This document shows positions 40,226 to 54,842 of a stretch of 64,000 bases of DNA, piece by piece (within the stretch, counting starts at the first letter, position 1; each line of letters opens with the position of its first letter). The notes beneath the pieces are model-generated. The model was not told where the DNA came from, did no database searches, and worked only from the letters and a program-made list of their open reading frames with translations. The stretch lies in the NCBI GenBank assembly GCA_964247055.1, contig OZ176060.1, positions 1,798,001-1,862,000 of the forward strand, written 5' to 3'. This stretch comes from Paragordius varius (Eukaryota > Animalia > Nematomorpha). The translations under genes and the position numbers were made by a program.

Positions 40226-41271
40226 TAAAAAATTATCAAACATCTTCGTAATAAAAGTAAATTATGGTACATTTAGAAAACAGGGGATTATTATTTTTTT
40301 AACGAAATTGCTGGATTAAGTGATAAATAGATAATCTTAAATTATACAGGTAGCTAGTAGGACAATGAATATTTTTAAATATTGATTGAATATTTTAGCC
40401 AAATAATAAGGCTACTGTTTTTAGCTAGCAAAAGTCAAATTAATATATTTTTAACGTCTTTTTAAAAGGACTACTATGCCATCTTTTTAATTTATTTAAA
40501 TATTAATTTTAAGGCACCGCTATTATTAACAAATGCTAAATTAATTTTTTTATTCTTTTCGTATTATTAGTTATGTTATTTAATTACTAATAAACTTATA
40601 TTAATATTAACAAAACAAGGGATTATGTTTAATATAAATAAGTTTTACGATCAGGAATGATAGCCCATAAACGGTAAAATATTTAAATAGTTTTATAAAT
40701 TATTCTTTTATGTTGACTTTTATAATGTTATAATATTAATGAGTTAGAATATATATAGCTAAATATATATAGCTAAATATATATAATGTTGAAATTTAAA
40801 TTTTAAACAAAATATTGTCATGATTTTATGTAATTATCACTAATATACAGGTATAATTTTCTTTAGATTCTCTTTTATTTGTAAAATTCATAGAGAACAG
40901 TGGTCAACAAAAGTTTCAATTTTCAAGTTTTTCTAAAATAACATTATTTTGCCACATTTTTTTAAACCCCATGCCCTTGAAAATTAATGGTTAAAAAACA
41001 AACTTTTATGCTATTAAATAATAATTTTGCATGAATAATATAAAATTAGCTTGAGTTAAATAGACTCGATTAAATTTTAAATATTTCATAATTTTTCTTT
41101 AGATATAAAAAGACGAATATCTGATAATTTTTAATAAATTACTACAATTAACCAAATAGTTTTTCCATATCATAATTATTGTCCGAAACTAAAAAATAAA
41201 TTAATTTTTTTCCTTTTTCGAATTCAGATTAATTTCAGACAGATTCTCTTTGGGTAAAAATTGGATATATA

Positions 41272-41477
41272 CCATTTACAATTTAAATTCCCTTAAACAA
41301 TATCCTTGAACCATTCAAATTCACCCTGAAACAATTCAAACTTACCCCGCAAATAATATATATTTGTTTTTACCATAAAGTTATTTTTCATATTAATAAT
41401 AATGAGTTATTTTAGTTCAAAAACACAAAATTTATTTTTAGGGTTAATTTGAATTGTTTAAGGAGTAAGTTCAAGGG
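41272..41477. mobile_element. Short foldback MITE of the 21-bp-repeat family
   Basis: TATA|CCATTTACAATTT start; CTTGAACCATTCAAATTCACCC units; inverted GGGTTAATTTGAATTGTTTAAGG at the right end. Confidence 0.6.
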
Positions 41478-43165
41478 TATATATAACCAAAAACTTTCTT
41501 ACCCATATAAATCTAATAAGACAAAAACTTTTACAATTAAAAATAACCATATTTTTTTTAATACATAGATTGCAATTTTAAATACATGGATTTACCACCT
41601 ATTACTTGTTTTTTTTAGATATCTCATTATTTATGCATAGTTTAAATTTTGAGTGAAACACGTCATTATGTAGAATATCGAACACTTGATAATTTTTGAG
41701 TGAATTGAAAAATGGTGACATTTTTTGATTGGGCAAGAACTCTTGCTCCTTTACACAAAGAAAATATTTACCTCAAATAAAAAAACTTAAAATATTTTAT
41801 CTTACTTAAATTAATTGGAACTTCCATCAACAATTGTATTAACAAATAATGTGCCATCTATTTAATTACATGTAATACATTGCTAAACCATACAACACTT
41901 TTTATGTTTAAATAATGGTTCACCAATAGGATCATATTAGCAGTTATCATTGAAAGCCAAAAAAACCAAACTACAAAACTTCTTATTAAATGTAGCAAGT
42001 TTCTTTAAAATTCGGGACCTTGAATTATCAATATTTTTTCCGTTTTGTTCTGTATATTTACATTTTTTATGTTATTTATTGCCTGCTAAAAATGACAAGT
42101 ATAAATGACTTGATAATACAAGAAATTCCAAATATTATTTTACAATTTATCAATTCTAAGCCATAAAATAATCAATCATAAACCAAGAATTAGCATTGGT
42201 ATTGGTTAATAAATGTAAGCGACGGTTTTTTAAATTATTCGCGTGTAACAAATTTATAAAAACGACGATGGTTACAAAAATACTCGCACACACAACAACA
42301 GAAGTATGATGAAAAGTAAGTAAAATAAAATTTTTTCAAAATTAGATGGCCTATATATGTTCCGATTATTAAATAAATATTTGCCCATATATATAACCAT
42401 TTTTATTTGTATATCTGTGAATAAACTTTAATTGTTTTTCAGTATTTTAAGTCATCATAATAAAAAATAAAATAATTTCTTATCCGTATAAGTCCATATC
42501 TTCTTTTTTTTGCAGCGACTTGCCAGGTCTGGCTTGCACTATCATTGCAAGACCCAATTTTTTATTAAAAATGAAATTTATGAATAATATTTTTCAATAT
42601 TTTTTTTGCGGCTTGCAAGTAATTTGAAGTTATTTCAGATCATATAAATCATCAGAATATATTTTGTTTGTTCTGGTGTATTTATTAATAATCTTGGGAA
42701 AGAAGCATGATTTATCTTTGACAATACGATTTGTTTTAGCATAATACGACCGATTTTGTTTTTGATATGGAACATATAAAAAGAGTAAATATTTAATATC
42801 AGCACAAAAATCAAAGGAGCATGGGAATTTACTCTTTTTTTATAATAATAATTAAAACTAAAGCATAAAAACAGCCATAATAAGCTAAAATCATCTATAT
42901 ATATACTTTTTTAATGAAATTAACAAAAATATAAATTATAGTATTACCATTTTTTTTCTTTCTATCATAATGTCATGTTTAAACAATAGGTTATATCTAA
43001 AATGCTTGTTCTTTTGATATTAAATATTTATCTTTATTTAAATATATATATCTATATGTATATCATCAGGATATTTTATATCCCCCGATTTGATGCATAA
43101 AAGGGATTTTATAGGAATTTATCATTCGAAATAAAAGTTAAATGAAATATCACTTGTTTATAAAG

Positions 43166-43610
43166 TAATAATTATTCGAAAACAAATTGAATCCATTAAA
43201 GGTTACACATTGCAACGTAGGCTCCCAATATCTATCAATTTATACCGTCAAAAATTTATATATTCTCCAAATATTTTTGAGTAATATTTTTGTTTAACAA
43301 TAAATGTAATATAAGGAAGTTAAAATTAGGTTTTTTACAATAAATGCTCTACAAAGAGTAAGCAAACTATTTATATTTTTAATAGTGTAAAAAATGCTTT
43401 TAGGTTTTGGTACCGAGTTTTGTATGTTTAAGAGGATATTAAAATGTAGGAAGGTACTGCAAAACTCACCATTTTTTATAGGCTAGTGCAGTAAAAATTT
43501 AAATTAAAAAGATAAAAACATTTTTAAAACATAATATTATATCTTGATGTTTCCTATACTATTAAATTATTTAATTATGCAGAGCCTGCAATTTAAACCT
43601 CTATTCTTAA
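43166..43610 (+). CDS. Candidate spliced gene fragment, unknown function
   Basis: Phase-compatible exons 43166-43280, 43330-43357, 43450-43490, 43583-43610 give VIIIRKQIESIKGYTLQRRLPISINLYRQKFIYSPNIFEFFTINALQREGTAKLTIFYRLVQACNLNLYS*; donors GTAATA, GTAAGC, GTAAAA. Confidence 0.4.
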
Positions 43611-44817
43611 ATTAAGCAATCAAAATTGTATGTTACAATTAAAATTATTCCTTGGATATGAAATAATAATCGATTGAATACACAAATTTAAACCTTATAA
43701 ACACAACAATCACTTTTATACCTCAAAATACAATACATGTCACACAATAATCACTCTTTACCATTTACAAGAAATGAAAAACTTTCATTAAACAAAATTT
43801 TCATAAGTGGTACTAATATACCCTTACCTATAATTTTTTCATTCAAATCGTATTAGATCCTAAAAATTACCTTATTATAGGTTTCATTATATTGTTTTTT
43901 CTACGGTAAAGAAAACTTAAAAAGACAATCCAAAGGCAGCCATATATATATATATTATATACTTTAATTTTTTTCAAATAAAACCTATCGCTTAAAATCA
44001 AATGAAGAAAAGAGAATATATTAACAAACACTTTTAATCATATACTATTTAAACAATTATTTGGAAAAAAACAAGGTTTAAAAGTACAGTAAAAATTGGT
44101 ATACGGATAAATGTAAAAATTTAAAAACAATTACTTTTTGAAAAGACAACCATGTTTTTTAAACCCTAATTTATCCCATTAAAAATATTTAATAACAATC
44201 GTAAAATCTTTAATTAAAACAATCTGTTGTATTTTAAAAATTAATATTTAAAAAGTATGGCTGTACTCAAAAAAATGGGTCTTTATAATTTTACGTTTTA
44301 TCCGTATTGTATGACTGTGTTTATAACTGTTTAATTTTTTACGTTCAATCTTTATGTTCCTATTATTTATGGATATTTATAGTTAGCATGTGCAATTAAA
44401 ATGACATTAAAGCTTAATTTGATCACAATATTTTATATTGGCATATGCAATCATATAATGACTTCAAGTTATTGATTACAAATCATATTTGCGCTTTTGA
44501 AGTACAATTAGAATAAAAATATATTTAAAAATTTCGATAATACCAAACTTTTCAGTCTTAAAGACAACTTATCCATAAAATACATATGATACAAATGGCA
44601 ACAACAGCCGCATTCACTTGTGCACAGAAATGCAAAATTATTTATGCCTTTGACTTAATTGAATGACCCTATTTTGAAACTCATTTATACGCATACATGA
44701 TGCAAATCAAAGTTAAACCGATATTTTTATATAATTCCCAAAAAAGCTATTGAATAATATATATTTAATGATGGTTTAAATCATATCGGTACAAAAGTTA
44801 AATCGATATTTTAAATA

Positions 44818-45101
44818 CAGTAAAAATTAAAATAATACGGACAAAAACGTGTAAATGTAGAGACAAATATTTTTATCTAAAACCATATTTTTTTTAATAC
44901 ATAAATGTTTCCCATATAAGCTACTTAGTTACAATTAAAATATAGAATTGATTGTGTTAAAATTATATATCTCTATTACAACTTTACCATTTAAAATAAT
45001 GAGTTATATATAAATAAAGATTTAAAAAGTATGGTTATTTTAAAAAATATTTGTATTTCCATTTTTACGTTTTGTCCATGGTATAATTTTAGTTTTTATT
45101 G
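44818..45101. mobile_element. Tc1/pogo-like MITE (about 280 bp), representative of an abundant family
   Basis: TA|CAGTAAAAATT..ATACGGACAAAA TIR and its inverse. Related copies at about 27910, 29376-29655, 32082-32317, 44083-44320, 50120, 51130-51364, 56500-56591, 56753-57012. Confidence 0.75.
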
Positions 45102-45890
45102 TAAAAATCCCATGAAAGCTATTTAATAATATATTTTATAAAATTTCTTAAATCAGATCAGTACGGAATATCTAGATTTAAATCCATATGTCGCTAGTCA
45201 TCGAAATATCAACACTATATTTTTAATTATAGTTAATAATCGGACAAACTTATAATATAATAATTTTTTAAAAGACAACCATAATATTTTAAACCTTATT
45301 CTTACATAAACCATTTAATTTCATAAATTAAATTATACATTTATTTTTATTTTGCCACCCATACAATTACATTATAAAAAACAATAATGATAAAAATATT
45401 TGTCTTTTAGTTTTACTTTTTGTAACATCGAAATTAACTTCATGATACATGCGTAATAGATAATAAATGACAAAATTTTATAAATGAGATGGCTTATTGC
45501 TGCATCTGAGGCACGTTCTTATTTTTTAAATTCAACAAAAATTAACTGTTATCTATTTATATATATACAACAAAAATTATATATTTTAAGAAAAATAATT
45601 TGATGATATTGTTCATATTTATAAATTTCGCATTAAGCTAAAACGTAAAAATAAGGACAAACATTTCCAAAGATACCAATATTTTCAACTTAAATTTGTT
45701 AGCAGTACACGTCAATTTTATATATTAAAGTCGAAACAAGTTATATATAAAAAACAAAGCTATGTGTATAATTTGAATATTATTTATTAGTATACTGATT
45801 AATAACTTAAATGTAAATTATATTACAAAAATTATAAAAGTGCATGATAATCAGCATGAGCTAATTAGTTTATGCCACATTTATGATAAG

Positions 45891-46047
45891 GAGCATATTT
45901 AAAAGCCCCGTTCCGTATATATGATCAAAATGGTTAAATATAAATTTTTTAAATGATTTTAATGTTATATATGACTTTACCTATTCAGAGGATGGCGATT
46001 CTTTTAGTAATAAACGCTTAACTATTAAATACCAGCCATCTGTTTAA
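45891..46047 (+). CDS. Candidate last two exons of a small gene
   Basis: 45891-45932 (42 nt, phase 1-1), 56-nt intron, then 45989-46047: GAYLKAPFRIYDQNEDGDSFSNKRLTIKYQPSV*. Confidence 0.4.
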
Positions 46048-47215
46048 TGTCTTTATAAAATATTATACATTTATTTATATGTGATATGTTATTGCGTCCT
46101 AACCTTTTAATATATTTATGAAAAATGTTTTTAATTTATATCTTGTAGTATAAAACTATTATATGAAAAAAATCAAGAATTTTAAAAGCAATACATTTTG
46201 CAAACGATAAGTATTAATGAAATAATTGTCATCGGAATTCAATTGTTATTATAAATTCTGTCAAAAAAATTTACCAATAAATTTACAAAATATATTTTTT
46301 GCTGTATTGTAGCAGATCCGCTTATATCATTTTATTTTTGTATCCGCGAAAACTAGTATACTCTTAAGACTTTTATATATCTGATTAAATTTTTTAACCA
46401 TGAAATAAAATTTATTCTCTAACCAGGTTTATATCCTGGCATGTATAATATAAAATAAATACCCCGCTTTATTGCTTTCTTTGTTTTAATCCTGTTATAC
46501 TAATCATATAACATATATGTAGACAACCTGTTTTGAACAAAGCTTATCCAAATTATTGATAAACGTTTATTATAAGATTAAAATATAATCAATCCCAATA
46601 TAAAAAAAATATTTACATATATATTATAAACTTTAATGGGTTTAATTAAAAAAGGCTTATAAGAGTAGATATACTAGGATGTGTTTATTTATACATATAT
46701 CATTCATACTTTAAGTGCAGAGGGTCCAATCCACGGCTTGGGCGCTCTACGCGGCCCTTTAAAATGTGCCCAATAAACACAAATAATGATAAAAAATATG
46801 CTCATAAAATCTTAATATTTTTGTAATAAGTCTTCCCATTTGGAATTAACTAGAAAAAATTGGTGAAATAAAGTTTTATACTGGAATTGCAATTTTTTAC
46901 ACTCTTAGAAGATATTTGATATATTAATCGTTTTACCAATACATTACATAGTCAACATTCTAAATTTTCAATCAATTAGTCATAAACTATTTGAAATAAA
47001 AGCCGATACTCATAGGTACTATGGTTACATTAACTGTATTAAGATACAGAAAAAATTGAAATCAAAATAATATGGACAAACATTTTTTAAATAGACATAT
47101 TTCCCTGATATTTTACCCAAACTCACAATTATATAATCACTACATTTAAAATTTATATCTAATGAAATTTTTTAAAAAAAGACAACGATATTTTTCAAAT
47201 TAATTTTATTTAATC

Positions 47216-47420
47216 CAGTGGCGAAACTACGGGGTGCTAGGAGCAGTGCCAGTGGCCAAAGGCAAAACAGGGGCCCTTTTTTATCCTTTCTATTTTGCGG
47301 GGGGGGGGGAATTTATTACCTTTTTTAATTTAAAGATATATAAATGATAATTGCCTGATTGTAAGTATACTAAAAAATAAAGAGATTTTTCTTGTTGAAA
47401 GGAAGAAAAAGCGTAAAAAT
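47216..47420 (+). mobile_element. hAT left end interrupted by a second hAT
   Basis: TIR CAGTGGCGAAACTA and GC-rich subterminal motifs, immediately followed by the element at 47421. Confidence 0.5.
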
Positions 47421-48538
47421 CAGTGGCGGAACTATAAATTATGGGCTACCGCAAGATTTAAATTATCCCTCCTTCTTCTCGCCAAAGCAGTTATCTTTTC
47501 ACCTGGCGCATCACTTAGATTCGTAGTGAAATATAAAATGATAATATTTACATGACTAGGCATCCTGACTCTAGTTATGCGCGTCTGGTATTTATATATA
47601 TAATAGTTAGTACCCACCCGTCCAACCTAACCACCGTCAATTCCTTAATCTTAACGTTTATTTTTAAAAGTTTAAATAATTTAATAATTTTTTAAAAGCA
47701 TGTTTTATCAGAAAATCATGTTTAAAAATTTCGTTTTCTTGATTTTGTGTGAGTAAATTTTTTTAGCCATCGCGCTTACAATATATTTTTTATTAGTTTT
47801 AAGAAAGAACGTTTCTATCGGATATGTCTTCATTTCTGCTTCCATTAGAATTAACTAAAATGAGTGAAGTGGAATTTATCTATTCAGCTAAAAATTTAAT
47901 AATAAATTATCCAGACGATTTAAGTGAATATTTTCCGATTCAAACAGTGTCAGTTTCTAATTCTCTTTGGATGAGATTGGTCAAATTAAAAATGCCAGAG
48001 CTATTAATTATTAAGTACCCAACAGTTTCAGCCAGTTGGATGAAATTATAACAGCATTATTATTGTTGTTGACTTAAACAGTTACGGTTGTTACAGTGTT
48101 ACATTCATTCAAGTTAAAAATAATTAAAAATTATATTGAAGGCACGATGGCTTAAAAAATGATGAGCAATTTATCGTTCCTAACAAATGAAGCGGAGGTG
48201 GCCGATCAAATGAATAAAAAAGATATAATTAGAAAATTTGCTCACACAAAATCGAGAAAATTTTTAAATACATGCTCTTAATAAATTATTTAATTATTTT
48301 GAACTTTAAAAATGAACGTTAAGATTAGGAATTGGCTATGGTTAGTATGGGTACTGGTATCATATATAAAAATACGAGGAAAACAAAAATATTAGACTCA
48401 GGATGCCAAGTCATGTAAATATAATATTTCTTTACGAATCTAAGTGATGCGCCAGATGAAAAGATAACTACAAAACATTTGGGGGGGGAGGCTAGTATAT
48501 AATTGCGGCGGGAGGACAAATTAATAGTTCCGCCACTG
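47421..48538 (+). mobile_element. Internally deleted hAT with long (about 150 bp) imperfect inverted ends
   Basis: CAGTGGCGGAACTA...TAGTTCCGCCACTG; extended IR (GGCGCATCACTTAGATTCGTA vs TACGAATCTAAGTGATGCGCC); interior retains a dimerisation-domain remnant (VTVVTVLHSFKLKIIKNY...DIIRKFAHTKSRK). No 8-bp TSD visible. Confidence 0.8.
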
Positions 48539-51500
48539 AATTCATCGGTTATGTTTAAACGGGACAGGATGGAAATTGGTACACCTATGTATTATAAATT
48601 GTTATTATGCACTATGTGTGGGAAAAACGCTTTTAAAAGGGTATGGTTGTCTTTTAAAGAAAAACACGTCCCCTTTCAATGAAACCATTTTTCAGGAAAA
48701 CGCCATCTTAATAACAAATATGAAGTAAAATTTGGAAATTCTCTTTTACCATCGCAATTAGTAGTGATAGTACTTGAAATGATAATTTTTAGTAGAATCT
48801 TTCCCACGTGTCATAGTTTGAGACTCGTTTTCACCTTGTTGTACACTCATCAGTCACACATAATGTTCGTCTCATAAAGCCACCAATTGCTTGATAGAAA
48901 GTACAACTACTAATTGCGATCGTAAGCTAAGAAAATAATCTCCAAACTATGTTACATATTTAATAAGGATGGCAACCCCATCGTGGCTAATGGATATAAT
49001 AAAGGAGATATGATAATTTTATCTCAATCGGCGCCTCTTGGATTTGTTCTCTGTTTGCACTTAACCAACTATATTGGGAATTCTTAGTATATTTATACAA
49101 AATTCTAATTGACAATACGCGTGATCATAATGTATGACGGATTTTCCAACAGGAACCGTCTTATACTATCATACATGGTAAATATTGTTTATATTTTTAG
49201 GAAGTACTGCAATTTCTTATTGCGATGCTAGGCTAAGAAATTATTCTCCAAACACTGTATATTTAATTGCTCTTTAAGCTTCTACGTTTTTGTATGATTC
49301 AATTTTTATTGTATAATTGAGTGTGTGACGATTTGCGTCTTATTATTTTAACATCTATAATAATGATATAAAAAAGTAATAAAAGTATGGCTGCCTTTTT
49401 AAAAAAAATCATCAGTTAGTTCTAAATATTGTTCTACAATATTCTCTTCTTAAGAGATTATGTCATTATTTTCTGGCATGTCTGTATTTTTTTGGGTTTT
49501 TCTTTAAAGGAAGGCTCATTTCCAACTTATAAAGCTGGCCCAGTAATTATAGATAAAGTAGACTCTGGGGGGACGGTGAACCAAACAAGGATTTACTAAG
49601 ATAATCTGATAATGTTAAGCCATGTACAGTTAATATTTTTGACATTAAATCGGTAATTTATTATTTAATAATTTTTCTAATAAATTATGTATAATTTGTT
49701 TGCGAACGTTGCGTATGTGTATAAATAGAATTTTTATATGAACTTTGTACTAAGCATCCTATTAATAGAATTATTGAATAACATATAACTACTGCATAAT
49801 TACATAAATTATTTTTTAATCATGTATATGTTATCAAAATTATTATTCATAAATATTCTGTGCCAAATTAATATTGGAGGTTAAAATTGATTTATTCAAC
49901 ATTAAAATTTAGTTATAGGGACAAAATATATATTAAAAACAAATTTTTTTCATTATATTAAAAAGACAATCATAATAACTTAACTATTAAATTTATAATA
50001 TATATTATATTTAAACAACTTTCTGAGTTCATTTCGTAATTAAAAAGAAAATAAAAAAATATTGTGTTAAAAATCATGGTTGTCTATTTTAAAAAATAAT
50101 TATTGTGTTTTATTTATATTACAGTTAAAATTATATGGACAAAGGTAAAAATATAAAAAAATATTTTTTATAAATACAACAAAAAATATAAATTATATGA
50201 TTTTGTATGAATTTTCGATTTCTACAAGTAATCCTAAAATTATTATATAAACTAAAATCTAAATTCTATATTAATAACAATCAATAAATATTTTTTTATG
50301 ATACTATTATAATATTTATAAGCTTCAATAAGTTTTTGGACAATTTATTTTTAAAGAAATGACATCTAAATCTCTAAATGTAGTTCTCAAAAATCATGGA
50401 AATTACTTATGAATTATATTGCTTAATGTTATTTATGCCAACAATGGCGTATGTATACGGAATAGCACTAACTAGGGAATAAAATTGAATAAATAAATTT
50501 ATTTGCAGATAATACACAGAATGAGACATCAGCTTTTAGAACTTGTTGCTTAAAATATGAGAAATAAAGGAATTACCAACAATTACTACATATTATTTTT
50601 AATGAACCTTTAAAAATATTATAAATTGAGAATTGAAAAATTAGTTCATATTTCTCATTTTGATTTGCAAGGTATTCAAAAACGGCTTTAAAACGGCTAT
50701 GTAGCAAAATGTTTTAGTAATTTAAATACATATATTTAACATTCGAAATGTAAATGGACCGATATATAAAACTTTTTTTGTTTGTCATATAAATAATAAC
50801 CGAATGTGGAATATAATCATAATAATAATAAATAAAATAGAAAACTTGCAAAAAAATACAATCGATTGCAATAATAATATTTTACAAATATTGATAACTT
50901 CTACTAAACGTAATAACTAGCCATGTTTATTTTACCTTATATTTAAGAACTTTAATTACAAAATATTATATAGGCCTATCAATTACACAAGAAGAAAAAC
51001 AGACACAAGGTTCACAAAATAACGATATATTTCAATTTAGTTATTTGGAATGTTCTTTCCAAAAGATTTAATTTATTGGAAACGCCCGATGATTACCATG
51101 TCCTAATAGGTAAACATTAATTTTTAATTTCGTGAAAATTTTAATTCTACGGATAAAATAAAAAATATAAAATTAAAGACAACCATATCTTAAAAATCTT
51201 TTTATTACAATAGTATAATAATTGATTGTAGTACCAATATCTATCTTTATTTTATAATTTTAATGAGTTATATTCGAAAAAATCAAGATTTACAAAGTAT
51301 GGTTGTCTTTTATAAATATTTCATTTTTTTTCTGTTTTGACCGTATAACTTCATTTTTACTGTAATTAAGGAAAATATAATATATCATATTTTATGAAAA
51401 CAAACAGAAAATCCGGTATGTGTTTTTGACTTATGTTAACTATTTACCATATATTTTAAAAGTATTTAAGTAAAATGTAAAATTTAGCCCCATCCATGCA

Positions 51501-52399
51501 CATAAAATACAGGAAAAATTTAATTAGGCTAATAAAAAAGATAAAAAAGAAATATTCCAATAACATAAATGTTTTTTATCGTAAATCTATAATGTTTTAT
51601 AACATCTTTATTCCCTATTTTTCAACATCAAAATTTCATAAAGGCAGTTTAAAAAGTATAGCTGTCTTTTTTTCAAAAACATTTATCTTTAGTTTTTTAC
51701 CTTTAGTTTTATTAAATTTTGTGTAGTAAATATATTTAAGCTTTTACCGCGTGCTTAATTTAGGGGCGACCTAATAATATAGTATACGACGTACACAAAT
51801 AAGTTTAACGATAATATATTCCAAATAGAGCATCATCATTCTTAAAAAGCTAAAAAAAGATATCTTGAATATATGAAACAACAACCAGGGAAAGACCCTA
51901 CACAGTTTACTATATAATAAGTAATATTAATATTAAATATTATAAATCAAATTTTCGCTTTTAATAAATTTATCCAGGATTTTATTAGTAATCAGAACAT
52001 TCACATATATTATATGATTTGTCAATTGGATGGGATAAACAGTTAATAAAAATTTTATTTTTTTCGAATTATCAATTTAGAAAATAAACCATTTGGTTTG
52101 ATTTAGGCATTTTAAGCAAAAATTTGATTAAAAACGAAAAATATATTAATAAATAGCTATCTTACTTGGGAAGGTATTAACGTTTTTTGAACGGAAATCC
52201 CTATTTTTAGCCATTTTCGGAAAAAACGCAAATATATATTGTGAGATCGGTGACACCGTTTTGTACTGAAATATGAAATTTACTATACAAAGTAAAAAAA
52301 ACTAAAAACTAACGTACAATTAATATTTAAATTGCTATAAAAGACTAGATTTTTTTCATATATTTCTAAAATATCATGCGTTAATATTAAACAAATATA

Positions 52400-53820
52400 A
52401 TCCTTATTTCACAACAGGCAACGATATGTATTTGAGAAACGATAAATTAAGATTTGTTAAACAATAGGCATGTTTGCAAGGAACAGCGATCCAGAAAGTG
52501 TTTGATCTCAGACTAAAACAATTAGGAAGCGGTATTTAAGGTGTCTGGAATGAAAGGTGCTAAAAATTAGGTGTATAGAGAAGCATAGCTGAAAGACGCA
52601 ATTATTTTGAAGCGAGGAGTAAAGCTTTAAAAATGTGGAGGTATACCCACCATGCAAAAAAGGACAAATATAAAAGAATTATTAAGAAACTTAGAGAGCG
52701 AGAATAGTCAAAAAAAACTGTATGACATATAAACAGTAGGGATTGTCTAAAAAAAACTATTGCTCGATACCACAGAAAGACCTGGACTTGTCTTCTTTTG
52801 TGACCGTTGTTAAAGAAACGTTAAATTTTTTGTTAAGGAAGTGATTTTGAAGAGATGAAATGTTTCCAGAACCTAGAATTGGTTGTCAAAGAAAATTTAC
52901 GCTAGACTCTTAATCTGCGCATATTGAAAGAACTACCGAGGAGGTCAATGCCGTTTGAAAGAGATGTATAAAGCTGCTGGTTTGAATGATATTAAACTGT
53001 TAGAAATAGAGAAAGGTATTGAATTTTTAACGAATATTTTAATATAGTAGTTACTACAAGTATACCAAACTTATGGAAGGAGAGTTTCACTGTTTCCAAT
53101 TCAAGGTTAAGCACATATAAATGATTATAACCACTACAAAGAAATAAGATTGATGTCGCATACAATGAAGTTATTTGAGAAAATATTTGCGAAGGAATAA
53201 GAAAAATGGTTATTATAGAGGGTAATCAAATTGGTTTTAGGTTCATCATCAATCCGATTTACGCATTAAGTGGGCTAATAAAAAAACAATTGAAAAAGAT
53301 GCATGTTTTTTAATCGACATTAAAAAGGCGTTTGACAGAAAACCACGGAATAATATGGTGAAGTTTAAGACGAAAAAACGTTCCTGAAAGTTACATGAAA
53401 ATACTTAAAAGTATGTACTACTCTCACCACACCAAAGTTAACATAAAAAAGTGTCAGATCTTATCGAAATAAATTGAGGCATCGATCAGGATCAGATATC
53501 ACGTTGCGATTTATAATACCAATGAAAACTTAAAAGAAGAGGCAAATTGCGGCTTGTATTTTCTTTATGACGACCTTATAGAGCTGTCAGACGAGTTGCA
53601 TGAATTGAATGAATTGGTGTAATGAATTGATGTGTTACGATTGTGCTGTCTCAAAATTAATAAAAAGCGGAATTATTGGGAGAAAACGAGAAATGGAATT
53701 AAAAAAAGGTTGGGTATTAATAGATCAGGTAGGAATGCAAATATTTAGGAGCGATATTAGCCGCAGATAATAATTTAACGCATATTATAAATTTAAGAAA
53801 TCGAAATAATTGGGCAATTA
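52400..53820 (+). mobile_element. RTE LINE reverse transcriptase pseudogene
   Basis: Frameshifted motifs WKESFTV, RLMSHTMKLFEKI, NQIGFR, IDIKKAFD and a YDD-like catalytic segment. Confidence 0.75.
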
Positions 53821-54078
53821 TATGCATATCTTAAATTTTCTGTACGATAAAAATATTGTTCTAAAAGTCATGGAATATTATTCATTGATTTAAAAAATTC
53901 ATAATTTACACATTTTATACAATCAACAATGCCCTCAAAAGGGATGTTCTAAGCACCGCCATTTTTTAAGTATAAATTACATTTCGATTGTGAACATTTA
54001 TTATTATTTTTTTTATTATTTATATACTAAAAATAGCATTACAAAGCATCGCAGGGTAATTCAGTAGTCGTATATATA

Positions 54079-54366
54079 CCATTTAAAGTTTAAATTCATC
54101 CTTACCTTCAATAAAAAATTAAATTAGAGACTCTAAACTGTATTTTATTAACAATTCCTATTTCACCTTAAAATAAATTAAATGATCTTAGATTTAAAAT
54201 ACCTGTGTTTTTTTATTTTTTTTTAAAAAAATTTCTATGTAAAATAATACTCAAAAAATAATACTTTCTCATATAAATATATTAATTTCATTAAGAAATT
54301 ATATTAGACTGAAATTTTTTTTAGAGTGAACTTGAATTGTTTAGGATGAATTTGAATCGTAAATGG
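54079..54366. mobile_element. Short foldback MITE of the 21-bp-repeat family
   Basis: TATA|CCATTTAAAG start; GAACTTGAATTGTTTAGGATGAATTTGAATCGTAAATGG|TATA end. Confidence 0.6.
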
Positions 54367-54842
54367 TATATTTAATCTATAAAGCGCAGTTAATGTTTTT
54401 TATTCACAATCAAATACATTCATTCAAAGACAAGAAAAAATAAAAATATTGGATTTTTTTCTTTTAAGATTTAAAAAAATGTAAAAATTTTAAATGCAAA
54501 TGGAGTGTAAATTTAGCTTGCTTAAAAAATATTGGCAATAATTGTTTAAATTAATCGAAAAATATTTGGGTAAAAATGTTATGTTAAATATAATATTTTT
54601 AAAATACCAATTATAAAGAATGTAACTACAAATTAATTTTAATAATAAATTACGATTTCCTGTTTTAGCAGTGGTTTCCATGAAATACTTTCTCTCAGAA
54701 ATATCGAAAAACTCATTTTTCTTCCGAACTTTTGTTGATATAAATAAAAATGTTTCAATACCGGAACAACATGCCTTTTCCTCACAACTCAAAAAACAAA
54801 AAAATAAACTAAAGTTTGATCATCGCAAAGTTTATATTCCAG

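Noticed and set aside
48715-49600. Exon-like islands (GWQPIVANG, GSTAISYCD, EGSFPTYKAG)
   Set aside because: One island coincides with a MITE inverted repeat and the phases do not join cleanly.
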